In this document: in pieces, positions 11,027-22,586 of the stretch | Numbering within the stretch: position 1 is the stretch's first letter | Layout: each line of letters opens with the position of its first letter | Source: an uncultured Desulfarculus sp. | GTDB taxonomy: Bacteria; Desulfobacterota; Desulfarculia; Desulfarculales; Desulfarculaceae | Direction: 5' to 3' | Assembly: GCA_963665125.2 (NCBI GenBank) | Contig: CAXXUK010000001.1 | Location: 1,696,001-1,760,000 of the forward strand | DNA length: 64,000 nt | Translations under genes and position numbers: made by a program | The notes under the pieces: model-generated | Database searches by the model: none | What the model saw: only the letters and a program-made list of their open reading frames with translations | Told to the model about the DNA's origin: nothing

Positions 11027-11809
11027 TCAGCCCAGCAAAGCGCTGGCCACCGGTTCCACGGCCATGACATCGGCAGCGGCCAGGGCGGCGCCGTCCAAGC
11101 CGGCCTTGGCCACCTGATCAATGTTGGGCAGGCAGGCCAGCACGGTCACCTGGTTATCCTCAAGTTCCTGCCGCAGGCGCTGGGCCACGCTGTCGTCAGG
11201 CATCTTGTTGAGCACCGCCCCGGCAAGAGTTACGCCCATGCGCTGACAAAGGTCCTTGACCCGCAGGGCCAGTTGCAACGAGGCCAGTGAAGGTTCCACC
11301 ACCACCAGCACCAGGTCCAGGCCTTCCTCGATGCCCCGGCCAAAGTGTTCCAGACCGGCCTCCAGATCCACCAAAGCCACCTCGTCGGGCTCCAGACTCA
11401 GCTTGCGCACGAGTTCCTTTGCCACCGCCCCCATGGGGCAAGCGCATCCCTCCAGAGGCTGCTGAATCTTGCCAATCATCATCAGGCGGCGGCCCGGCCG
11501 CCCGGCCAAATATTCCGAAGGGATGTCCCGGCTGGGGATTTCAGGCCATAGCAGCAGTGAGAGCTGGGTCTCTTGCTCGCCGGCAGCCATGCGACTGATC
11601 ATCTTTTGTTGCACTGCCCGCTTGCCGCCTATCAACTCCATCAGCGGAGTCGGCAGATCAGACAATCCCAGCAGTCCGTGCAGGCCCGCGTTGGAATCAT
11701 CCGAGTCCACCACCAGCACCTGCTTGCCCATTTGTTCCATGTGATCGGCCAACAGCGCCACCAGGCTGCTCTTGCCACTGCCGCCCTTGCCACAGATTCC
11801 TATTTTCAC
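11027..11809 (-). CDS. cooC: CooC/AcsF-family nickel-insertion ATPase (CO dehydrogenase accessory protein)
   Basis: Deviant Walker A GKGGSGKS, Ni-binding CxC (EGCACP), DLEAGLEHFGRG; GTG start with AGGAG RBS. Confidence 0.88.
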   Translation of the reverse strand: MKIGICGKGGSGKSSLVALLADHMEQMGKQVLVVDSDDSNAGLHGLLGLSDLPTPLMELIGGKRAVQQKMISRMAAGEQETQLSLLLWPEIPSRDIPSEYLAGRPGRRLMMIGKIQQPLEGCACPMGAVAKELVRKLSLEPDEVALVDLEAGLEHFGRGIEEGLDLVLVVVEPSLASLQLALRVKDLCQRMGVTLAGAVLNKMPDDSVAQRLRQELEDNQVTVLACLPNIDQVAKAGLDGAALAAADVMAVEPVASALLG

Positions 11810-12053
11810 GACACACTCCTTGCCGCGCGCCCCCCTAGCAGCGGGTCACGCGTTTCCGTACCGCCTTGCCGGGAACAAACAAGTCCCCTCAGGCAATTAC
11901 GGCCGTCGCGGTCTTTCGTGACCCCACCTGGCCTCGGCTGGCTTTCAGACCAGTTTGTAACGCATCAACAAAGATTGTTTAGATTAATATATACACAAAG
12001 CCGTACCCATGCCATACCTCCAGCCTGGCCGTGCCCCAGGGTCCGCGGGCAGT

Positions 12054-12270
12054 ATCGCTCCGCTCGTTCATCATGGTGCACAATGAGTGCGTCATGCTGT
12101 TAGCCGCGGACAACCATGCACCCATAGACATAAAAGATACGGATTGTAGAGAACTACCACCAAACGTCATGGAAAAACAAAAGATCCAGCCGTTTCTGAC
12201 TGGATCTTTTATATTTAAGAAGTGGCGGGGGCGACGAGACCGAAACTCGCCGCCTCCTGCGTGACAGGCC
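12054..12270. repeat. ~215-bp imperfect direct repeat, copy 1 (arm, terminator and tRNA-Asp 3' fragment)
   Basis: Collinear with 19637-19849 (ggacaaccatgcacccat...acggattg.agagaa.tacca.caaacgtcatggaaaa.caaaagatccagcc.tttctgactggatctttt...tatttaagaagtggcgggg); the tRNA part is 42/48 identical. Confidence 0.9.
12179..12210 (-). terminator. Intrinsic terminator after the tRNA-Asp fragment
   Basis: aaaagatccag...ctggatctttt inverted repeat. Confidence 0.7.
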
Positions 12271-12629
12271 CGCCTGAGAATAGTACATCTCTTGATTTCA
12301 TGCAGTTAGCCGAACATAAACGCTACCGTCTGCATAAAAACGCACCTCCGCGCATCCCCATTCCCAGCCTACACATAGCCACTTCGGCCACCTTTTTTCT
12401 TGTTCGTGGCTGTTGCCATCTGTTTTTTGGAGCAAACAAACCCGGCTATTTGAAGCTTCTTGTTAAAACAGATACAGAGATGAACGAAGTGCTGGCGTCG
12501 GGGACGTGATAGGTGAAGCTCCATAAGACTTGCTTAACACATGTTGAAGCCATGAAAATTGCATAATATTGAAACTTGCATATTCTCCCCACTGTCAGTG
12601 GCCCATAGTGAGGGCAGTGCAACACAAGC

Positions 12630-12788
12630 CACCCCGACTTGATCTTCCAGACCAAGTACCTTGACCTTGAAATCCGGCGAATAACGCTGTTTGGTGTATT
12701 CCATCTGTCCTTTCTGTGATCTCATCGAACGCCTCGGTTAAGCAATTTACTCGTTTATTCCGATTTCAGTCAAAACTGGGCCATATCA
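12630..12788 (-). pseudogene. IS3-family left end with truncated transposase OrfA
   Basis: Minus strand begins TGATATGGCCCAGTTTTGACTG (TG start, IS3-like end), then RBS AGAAAGGA and ATG at 12704: MEYTKQRYSPDFKVKV (compare the OrfA pattern RYSPEFKAKV); similarity is lost after that. Confidence 0.6.
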
Positions 12789-13018
12789 GATTTTATTGTA
12801 GGAAACGCCAAGGACACCACGGGGCGTGACCCGGCCAACTATTACAATAATTGTCTATCAAACATTAATGCAACTTCTTTCATCGTGTGGTGAATAAGAT
12901 AGTTCAGAGACTTTTGGCGGTGCGGATAAAGTTCTGTTGTGTCTAGCATTAATATGCAAAGACATGCTAAAAAGATAGCAAGGCAGTTCGCGGCGCAAAT
13001 TGATCGCATAAGGATGGA

Positions 13019-15208
13019 ATGGCAATGTTCAAGAATATTAAGATAAAATACAAGCTTTTTATTACATATTCTTTGGTGTTTATCATTTCGATATCGCTTG
13101 GCAGCCTATTTATTTATTATTTTGTACAAAGAACACTTAAACAAAATATAGAGATGTCTTTGAACAACACAACCATGATAATTGCAAATATGCTTAAAAC
13201 CAACATAAGTTCTTCAATGAAAAATTATTTGCGAGCGGTTGCGGAAAAAAATTTGGAGTTGGCTAAATTCTATTATGAAAAGCAGCAAAAAAATTTAATG
13301 TCTGAACAGGAGGCGCAAGAAAAAGTAGCGGAGATTCTTCTCAATCAGAAAATAGGTAATTCTGGTTATGTATATTGTTTAAACTCCAAAGGCTTGGTGG
13401 TTGTTCATCCCAAAGGTGGCGTTCTGCATACGGATGTTTCCAACCATTATTTCGTGGCAAAAATGACACAGAAAAAATTGGGATATATAGAATACGATTG
13501 GCAAAACCCAGAGGACGTAAAAGTACGTTCCAAGGCGTTATATATGGTATATTTTGAGCCTTGGGACTGGATCATTTCCGCATCAGCCTATCGCAACGAA
13601 TTTAGAGACTTAATCAATATAAACGACATCTCAAATAGCATTTTGCCGGTCAAGTTCGGGAAAAGTGGATATACATATGTGTCTGACTTAAATGGAAAAG
13701 CTGTAGTGCATCCTGTTATACCCGGTTTGAATGTATTTGAGTTAAAAGATGCGCCGACCAGATTTTTGGAGGAAATGATAAAGAAAAAGAAAGGCAAAAT
13801 TATTTACAAATGGAAAAACCCCAGCGAAAGTATTGCCCGTGATAAGTTGGTGATATTTGATTATATCCCCGAATATGAGTGGATTGTCGCATCAAGCACC
13901 TACCTTGATGAACTTTTTGAACCGCTCGATATAATCGGAAATATCGTGGCAGTGACAGCCATCTTAACGTTTATTTTAGCCATACCAGCCACACTCAAGA
14001 TAAGCTCATCCATAACAAGCCCGCTTATGCAAGTTATGGACAGATTGGAAAATATGTCCCATCGCTATTTTCCGGTTAGCGTGCCACTTCAAAAAAGTGA
14101 TGAAATTGGCATTTTGACTTCGTATTTAGAAAAGTTTATGAGTCAGCTGAAAGTATATAATGATGAGATGGAGGCGCAAATTTTAGTGCGTAAAAACACT
14201 GAAAAGGCACTGAGGGAAAGTGAGGAAAGATATAGATCGGTCATGGAGGCCGTGCCAAATCCCGTGGTTGTGTATGACATTAGAGGTAATGTCATATATT
14301 TGAATCCTGCATTCACCCGGGTGTTCGGCTGGAGCTGGGACGAATGCAAAGGCAAGAAACTCGATTATTTTGTCCCAGATGAAAGTTGGCCAGAAACAAA
14401 CCAGATGATCCAAAAAGTACTGTCTGGTGATACCTTGTATAGCATAAAAACCAAACGATATAGCAAGGTTGGTGACATAATACATGTCAGCATAAGCGGG
14501 GCGACTTATCGCGATATTAATGGGAATCTGGCAGGAAGCGTCATAATCTTGATGGACATAACCAAGTCGGTTGAGCTGGAAAAGAGGGTCATGGATATCG
14601 GCGATATGGCGCGGCAAACCATCGGGCAAGATCTGCACGACGATCTATGTCCGCAGTTAATCGGAATTTTGGGATTAAGCACCGTGCTTGATAGCGAGTT
14701 GACCAACAGCGATCCAAGGGTCAAGAGCTTGTCTGAAAACATCAAAGCACTGATTCAGAATTCCATAGAGAAAACAAGGATTCTAGCCCGCGGTTTATGC
14801 CCTGTACATATGGTGTCGCATGGACTTAATACTGCTCTGAAAGAATACATTGATAATGCAAACAAAACCACCGAAGCCTCCGTTAGCTATACTGGCCAGG
14901 ACATAGATTTGGCTTGCAGTAATACTGTGGCGACCAATCTATATTATATCGCCCGAGAAGCGGTGAATAATGCCATCAAGCATTCCAATGCTAATATCAT
15001 TAAATTAACCCTGGACAAGACCGGAGAGTGGCTAAGTATGATAATATGTGATGATGGTATTGGTATAGTCGAAAACCAGATGGCCGATGGAATCGGCATG
15101 CAGATAATGCGATATCGTGCCAACTTAATTGGGGCAAGCTATGACATAAGAACTGGCAATAATGACGGAACAGTTGTGGATGTTCGTATAAATACCAATA
15201 CGATTTAG
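13019..15208 (+). CDS. Tandem-Cache / HAMP / PAS sensor histidine kinase (HisKA_3 type)
   Basis: Two Cache-2-like units (GYVYCLNSKGLVVVHP...YDWQNP...FEPWDWII; GYTYVSDLNGKAVVHP...YKWKNP...IPEYEWIV), PAS (YLNPAFTRVFGWS), IGQDLHDDL, EAVNNAIKHS, DDGIG. Confidence 0.92.
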   Translation: MAMFKNIKIKYKLFITYSLVFIISISLGSLFIYYFVQRTLKQNIEMSLNNTTMIIANMLKTNISSSMKNYLRAVAEKNLELAKFYYEKQQKNLMSEQEAQEKVAEILLNQKIGNSGYVYCLNSKGLVVVHPKGGVLHTDVSNHYFVAKMTQKKLGYIEYDWQNPEDVKVRSKALYMVYFEPWDWIISASAYRNEFRDLININDISNSILPVKFGKSGYTYVSDLNGKAVVHPVIPGLNVFELKDAPTRFLEEMIKKKKGKIIYKWKNPSESIARDKLVIFDYIPEYEWIVASSTYLDELFEPLDIIGNIVAVTAILTFILAIPATLKISSSITSPLMQVMDRLENMSHRYFPVSVPLQKSDEIGILTSYLEKFMSQLKVYNDEMEAQILVRKNTEKALRESEERYRSVMEAVPNPVVVYDIRGNVIYLNPAFTRVFGWSWDECKGKKLDYFVPDESWPETNQMIQKVLSGDTLYSIKTKRYSKVGDIIHVSISGATYRDINGNLAGSVIILMDITKSVELEKRVMDIGDMARQTIGQDLHDDLCPQLIGILGLSTVLDSELTNSDPRVKSLSENIKALIQNSIEKTRILARGLCPVHMVSHGLNTALKEYIDNANKTTEASVSYTGQDIDLACSNTVATNLYYIAREAVNNAIKHSNANIIKLTLDKTGEWLSMIICDDGIGIVENQMADGIGMQIMRYRANLIGASYDIRTGNNDGTVVDVRINTNTI

Positions 15209-15226
15209 CCAGATGGAGTCGTTCAA

Positions 15227-15889
15227 ATGGCGAAAAAAAATAAAACATGCATATTGATTGTTGACGACCATCCCATCTTTTGTTTGGGGCTGACAGAACT
15301 AATAAATCGAGAAAACGATATGTTGGTTTGCGCCAGCGTTGAAGACGTAGTCAAAGCCCGCACCGCTATCGAGAAATACAGTCCTGACTTTGCCATAGTT
15401 GATGTCTCATTAAAAGGCAGCAATGGAATTGACCTGGTTAAGGAAATTAACGCCAAATATCCCACTTTGGCCGTGCTGGTGCTATCCATGTATGATGAAG
15501 AATTATATGCCGAGCGAGCCCTAGCCGCTGGGGCTAAAGGCTATATGATGAAGCAGGAGGCGATCAGCGTAGTTGTTCAGGCTATTCGCCATATTTTATC
15601 CGGTAAAATATATGCAAGTGACGAGGTGAAAGAAAAGGCGCTGATGCGCTTAGCTTCCCACCAGGAAGGCCTTGAACCAACGCCTTTCGATCTGCTCACC
15701 GAAAGAGAACTTGAGGTTTTTAGATATATAGGTGATGGATTTTCCACCAAGGAAATATCCCAACGTATGAATCTGAGTGTCAAGACAATCGGAACCTATC
15801 GCGAACACATCAAGGAAAAACTTAATCTTAAACACTATGCCGAGCTGATAAAATGTGCGGTATATTGGCTTGAAAAATCGCGGAGCTAG
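15227..15889 (+). CDS. NarL/LuxR-family response regulator
   Basis: ILIVDDHP, GAKGYMMK, LTERELEVFRYIGDGFSTKEISQRMNLSVKTI. Confidence 0.95.
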   Translation: MAKKNKTCILIVDDHPIFCLGLTELINRENDMLVCASVEDVVKARTAIEKYSPDFAIVDVSLKGSNGIDLVKEINAKYPTLAVLVLSMYDEELYAERALAAGAKGYMMKQEAISVVVQAIRHILSGKIYASDEVKEKALMRLASHQEGLEPTPFDLLTERELEVFRYIGDGFSTKEISQRMNLSVKTIGTYREHIKEKLNLKHYAELIKCAVYWLEKSRS

Positions 15890-15942
15890 TATATTATTAA
15901 TCCACAGGAAGTTAGTTCTTCCCGCGTCCCGGCTTTGTTTCC

Positions 15943-16024
15943 TCAGTTTTAAACCTATCATGCCATAGGTTTAAAACCTACAGCCCATCAGAAAACCACA
16001 CCAAAAAATTCAGTTGAATACCGA
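15943..16024 (+). promoter_or_regulatory. Phased array of putative NarL/LuxR-type boxes upstream of the acyl-CoA ligase
   Basis: 15-bp units at 15943 TCAGTTTTAAACCTA, 15966 TAGGTTTAAAACCTA (perfect 7-1-7 palindrome), 15988 TCAGAAAACCACACC (weak) and 16010 TCAGTTGAATACCGA; spacing 23/22/22 bp. Confidence 0.6.
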
Positions 16025-16229
16025 TTGAACCGCCGCCTTGCTTTAGTCTCCAATGGACATGGCGGCACCCTCATCATATTCAAAATCGCTCGTTCTCTCA
16101 TCGCTCCTGCTAAAGATTTTTCAGCTAGCCGCCTTTACGGCATTCGCATGTGTGTGACAAAGATTTCCTTTTGCAATTAATAAGCGTCTGAAAAGACAAG
16201 ATGACAAAAAACCTTCGGAGAGGTGAGAC

Positions 16230-17840
16230 ATGCCCCAAAACGGCGTTAGTTACGAAGTATTGAGCCCTGTAAAATTTTTAATGCGCAGTGCTTATGTCTA
16301 CCCCAACAAAGAGGCGGTTGTTTATGGCGACAAGCGCTATACCTATTCCCAATTTCAGCAAAGGGTCTACCGCCTGGCCAACGCCTTGCTCGACATGGGA
16401 ATCGGCAAGGGGGACAAGGTCGCCTTTATTTGTCCCAACACGCCGCCCATGCTGGAGGCCCATTACGCGGTTCCCATGATCGGTGCCGCATTGGTGAGCG
16501 TCAACATTCGCCTCTCCGGCAACGAAATCGAATATATTCTCAACCATTCCGACAGCAAGGCGGTCTTTGTGGACAATGAGTTCGGTCAGATGGTGGCGGC
16601 CATCGCCGATCAGTTGCCCGCAGTGAAGCATTTCGTCAACATCTGCGATCTGGACGGGCAAAAACCCTTGGACGGCCCGGAATACGAAGATATTCTCGCT
16701 GCCTCATCTGAAAAGCCCTTTGACCTAAACATCCAGGACGAAAGAGAAGTCGCCACCATCAACTACACAAGCGGCACCACCGGACAGCCAAAAGGAGTCA
16801 TGTATCATCATCGAGGCGCCTATCTAAACGCTTTGGGCGAGCTTATTGAGGCTAATTTGACCCCCGACGCCGTCTACCTCTGGACCCTCCCCATGTTTCA
16901 TTGCAACGGCTGGTGTTTCACCTGGGCGGTGACCGCCATCGGCGGCACCCACGTTTGCCTGCGCAAGGTGGTTGCCGACGAAATTTTCAGTGCCATTGAA
17001 AAAGAAAATGTCTCCCATCTATGCGCCGCCCCCACGGTCCTCATCACCATGGCCCAATATCCCGATGCCCAAAACCTCAAGTTGAACCGCAAACTCGAGA
17101 TTCTCACCGCCGGCGCGCCTCCGGCTCCCACCGTCATCCAGAACGTGGAGGCCATGGGCGCCAACGTGATTCACGTTTACGGCCTTACCGAGGTTTACGG
17201 GCCCCACAGCGTATGTGCCTGGCAAAAGGATTGGGACCTGCTACAGCCCGAGGAGCGGGCCGTGATCAAATCGCGCCAAGGTGTTCCCTATGTCACCACA
17301 CAATTCATGGATGTTGTGGATCCGCTGAGCATGACGCCGGTTCCCGGAGACGCCAAGACCATCGGCGAGATAGTCATGCGGGGCAACAACGTCATGTTGG
17401 GCTATTACAAAGACCAGGAGGCCACGGACACCGCCTTTGCCGGAGGATGGTTTCACAGCGGCGACCTGGCGGTGATCCACCCTGACGGCTATGTCCAGAT
17501 CATGGACCGCAAGAAGGACATTATCATCAGCGGCGGAGAAAACATCTCCACCGTGGAAATCGAATCCACCATTTACAGGCATCCCGACGTACTGGAGGTG
17601 GCGGTGATTCCCATTCCGGACCAGCGGTGGGGAGAAGTGCCCAAAGCCTTTGTGGTGGCCAAGCCGGGAACCCAGCCCACGGCTGACAGCATCATTGATT
17701 TCTGCAAAGAGAGACTGGCCAGGTTCAAGGCGCCCAAGACGGTTGAATTCGGGGAATTGCCCAAAACGGCCACCGGCAAGATCCAAAAATTCAAACTCCG
17801 GGAAAAAGAATGGCAAGGCCGCGATCGCATGGTCAATTAA
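16230..17840 (+). CDS. Acyl-CoA synthetase (AMP-forming; medium-chain/DmdB-like subgroup)
   Basis: YTSGTTGQPKG, LWTLPMFHCNGW, YGLTE, GWFHSGDL, DRKKDIIISGGENI, LPKTATGKIQK; GAGGTG RBS. Confidence 0.95.
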   Translation: MPQNGVSYEVLSPVKFLMRSAYVYPNKEAVVYGDKRYTYSQFQQRVYRLANALLDMGIGKGDKVAFICPNTPPMLEAHYAVPMIGAALVSVNIRLSGNEIEYILNHSDSKAVFVDNEFGQMVAAIADQLPAVKHFVNICDLDGQKPLDGPEYEDILAASSEKPFDLNIQDEREVATINYTSGTTGQPKGVMYHHRGAYLNALGELIEANLTPDAVYLWTLPMFHCNGWCFTWAVTAIGGTHVCLRKVVADEIFSAIEKENVSHLCAAPTVLITMAQYPDAQNLKLNRKLEILTAGAPPAPTVIQNVEAMGANVIHVYGLTEVYGPHSVCAWQKDWDLLQPEERAVIKSRQGVPYVTTQFMDVVDPLSMTPVPGDAKTIGEIVMRGNNVMLGYYKDQEATDTAFAGGWFHSGDLAVIHPDGYVQIMDRKKDIIISGGENISTVEIESTIYRHPDVLEVAVIPIPDQRWGEVPKAFVVAKPGTQPTADSIIDFCKERLARFKAPKTVEFGELPKTATGKIQKFKLREKEWQGRDRMVN

Positions 17841-17867
17841 CAAGCCTTTTTAAGGGAGGTGCTTAAG

Positions 17868-19226
17868 ATGTCTTTCTGCCTATTGAAACGCAACGACGGT
17901 GATGAGCAGCCATTCTGGCCACTCGGTCCTTTTAAAATCAGGCTGCCCTTTATCCACTACCGTTGGGAGTCGGTGGAATTCGTTCAGGCCTTGATCCTGT
18001 TCGTGGTCAGCTTGGCCATGATCCCGCTTTTACAGAAATATCTCGGCCTGCCCTATGAAGTGGCCCTGGCCTATGTCTTTGTTTGCGGCGTGGGTTTCAT
18101 GCTGCCGGCGCTTTTAGGAGTCCCCATGGTGCCGGGCTGGATCACCCCAGCCATACCGGTGGTTCTGCTCTTCGTCAGTCAATACAAGCCCGGTCCCGAG
18201 GCCATCCAGGCCCTGGTGGCCCTGCAAATCCTGGTTGCCATCATATTCCTGGTCCTGGGCATCAGCAAATTGAGCAGCAAGGTGGTCAGAAGAGTGCCAG
18301 CCTCCATCAAGGCCGGCATCCTCTTGGGCGCCGGCGTGGCCGCCTTCATGGGTGAAATGAAGATGGGCGGCCGCATACCGGCTACTCCCCTGGCCATAGG
18401 ATTCGGCGCGCTGGTCTGCTTCTACATGCTGTTTTCGGTGTCGTTCGCCAAACTACGCGAACGCAACGCCTTTTGCCGCATCCTGGGCAAATACGGCATG
18501 GTGCCGGCCATGCTTCTGTCCATCGGCGTCGGCCTCTTGGTCAAGGAATATCCCCTGCCTGACATCCAGTTGGGGATCACCATGCCCCAGTTCGCGGAGA
18601 TGTGGAAATATCTGCCCTTTAGCGTGGGCTTCCCCTCGGCCGAGATGTTCATCCAGGCGATTCCCACGGCAATCATCGCCTATATCATCGCCTTCGGCGA
18701 CGTGATCGTCGGCACCACCCTGGTCAAAGACGCGGCGGAAGAGGTCCGCACTGACGAAAAGGTGGATACGGACAGCGACCGCATTCACCTGGTCACCGGC
18801 CTGCGCAACGTGTTGCATGCATTCTTGGCGCCTTACCCGGGCCTGGCCGGCCCCATCTGGACCGCGGTGACCGCCACGGTGGCCGACCGCTACCGCCACG
18901 GCCGCGGGGCCATGGATTCCATTTTCAGCGGCAGCGGAACCTTTTGGATCGCCGGTTTCCTCGCCCTGTTCGCCTTGCCCTTGGTGAGCTTCTTCAAGCC
19001 GTTTTTGCCCATCGGCCTGTCGCTCACTCTGGTGGTAACCGGCTACCTGTGCATCATCACGGCCTTTAAGCAGATAGAAAACGCCTCCCAACTGGGCGTG
19101 GCCGGAACCATGGCCATTGTGTTGGCCATGCACGGCGCCGCCTGGGGCCTCGGCATCGGCATAGTGCTGCACGTCCTGTTGGAGCGCAACATGATGCTGG
19201 CCAGGGAAACCGTGCGCACCAAATAG
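17868..19226 (+). CDS. Multi-pass membrane permease (xanthine/uracil/vitamin C permease-like family)
   Basis: About a dozen hydrophobic segments; FKIRLPFIHYRWE, VPGWITPAIP, AYIIAFGD; ATG 17868 is better spaced from the GGGAGG RBS than GTG 17859. Confidence 0.75.
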   Translation: MSFCLLKRNDGDEQPFWPLGPFKIRLPFIHYRWESVEFVQALILFVVSLAMIPLLQKYLGLPYEVALAYVFVCGVGFMLPALLGVPMVPGWITPAIPVVLLFVSQYKPGPEAIQALVALQILVAIIFLVLGISKLSSKVVRRVPASIKAGILLGAGVAAFMGEMKMGGRIPATPLAIGFGALVCFYMLFSVSFAKLRERNAFCRILGKYGMVPAMLLSIGVGLLVKEYPLPDIQLGITMPQFAEMWKYLPFSVGFPSAEMFIQAIPTAIIAYIIAFGDVIVGTTLVKDAAEEVRTDEKVDTDSDRIHLVTGLRNVLHAFLAPYPGLAGPIWTAVTATVADRYRHGRGAMDSIFSGSGTFWIAGFLALFALPLVSFFKPFLPIGLSLTLVVTGYLCIITAFKQIENASQLGVAGTMAIVLAMHGAAWGLGIGIVLHVLLERNMMLARETVRTK

Positions 19227-19636
19227 GCGCGCGGCAAACAGCGCCTGGATACGGCTCCGTTGTTGGGCCTAAAATCGGCCCGCCTCGCGAGCCCCCCCCG
19301 GGCGGGCAAACCTCTTCCCCTCCGGGGCGGCAGCGGACATCGCCGATCAATCCGGTGAGCCGCCTCCGCCCCGGAGGATTTGCCATACAGAATGTGGCCC
19401 AAATCATCCAGGTATCTGAGAATGACCTCTCCCCAGGAAAAGGAAGTGATCGTTCACGGTGATGGCGCCTATCCCCTCCGAACAGAGAAACCATCGACGG
19501 CCACCGGCCGAACATGAACGCCCGGCGTGTTTCCCGCGGTTCGACAACTTCCTACATCGCTATGACAAAGGTACGGGCGTCAATAGTGACTGAGCCGCGC
19601 TCATCAACAAGGGTCCTTCGCCGTTGGCCGCACCGG

Positions 19637-19880
<244 letters not shown>

Positions 19881-19926
19881 GCGTATCGTATTCAATTTTT
19901 TTGCTTCGGCCGCCCCGGTAAAAAGG

Positions 19927-20002
19927 TGGTAGGCGGAACAGGGCTCGAACCTGTGACCTCCGGCGTGTAAGGCCGATGCTCTCCCAACTGAGCTACCCGC
20001 CC
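19927..20002 (-). tRNA. tRNA-Val (TAC)
   Basis: Cloverleaf GGGCGGG...TCGGC-CTTACAC-GCCGG...TTCGAGC...TCCGCCT-A-CCA. Confidence 0.97.
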
Positions 20003-20090
20003 ACTTACCAGGGGATCAGCCGTCTCGGCTCGGCCCCCAAAGCGGATATTTATTTATCAGCAAGGCTCTGTTCTGTCAACCAGAATTCGC

Positions 20091-22487
<2,397 letters not shown>

Positions 22488-22586
22488 CGGCGTACCTCTC
22501 TTGACCCTGAACAGGGCCGGTTTTGCCAGGCGGGAAACAATGGGCCCGCCTAGGCGGGCCCGTGTTAATCAAGGAATACGGATGTG

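Larger units (their letters stand above)
10948..12270. mobile_element. Small integrase-less genomic islet (cooC cargo) between two tRNA-Asp fragments
   Basis: Bounded by tRNA-Asp 3' copies at 10900 and 12223; both inner ends resemble those of the larger islet. Confidence 0.65.

Noticed and set aside
11890..11965. ATG CGT TAC AAA CTG GTC TGA upstream of cooC as a selenocysteine read-through leader
   Set aside because: No RBS, the extended peptide is only about 22 aa with no redox motif, and there is no convincing SECIS
12222..12509. Short ORFs over the att-like repeats (also 12031-12264, 19514-19843, 10899-11117)
   Set aside because: They are translations of tRNA or arm sequence; their similarity simply reflects the DNA repeat
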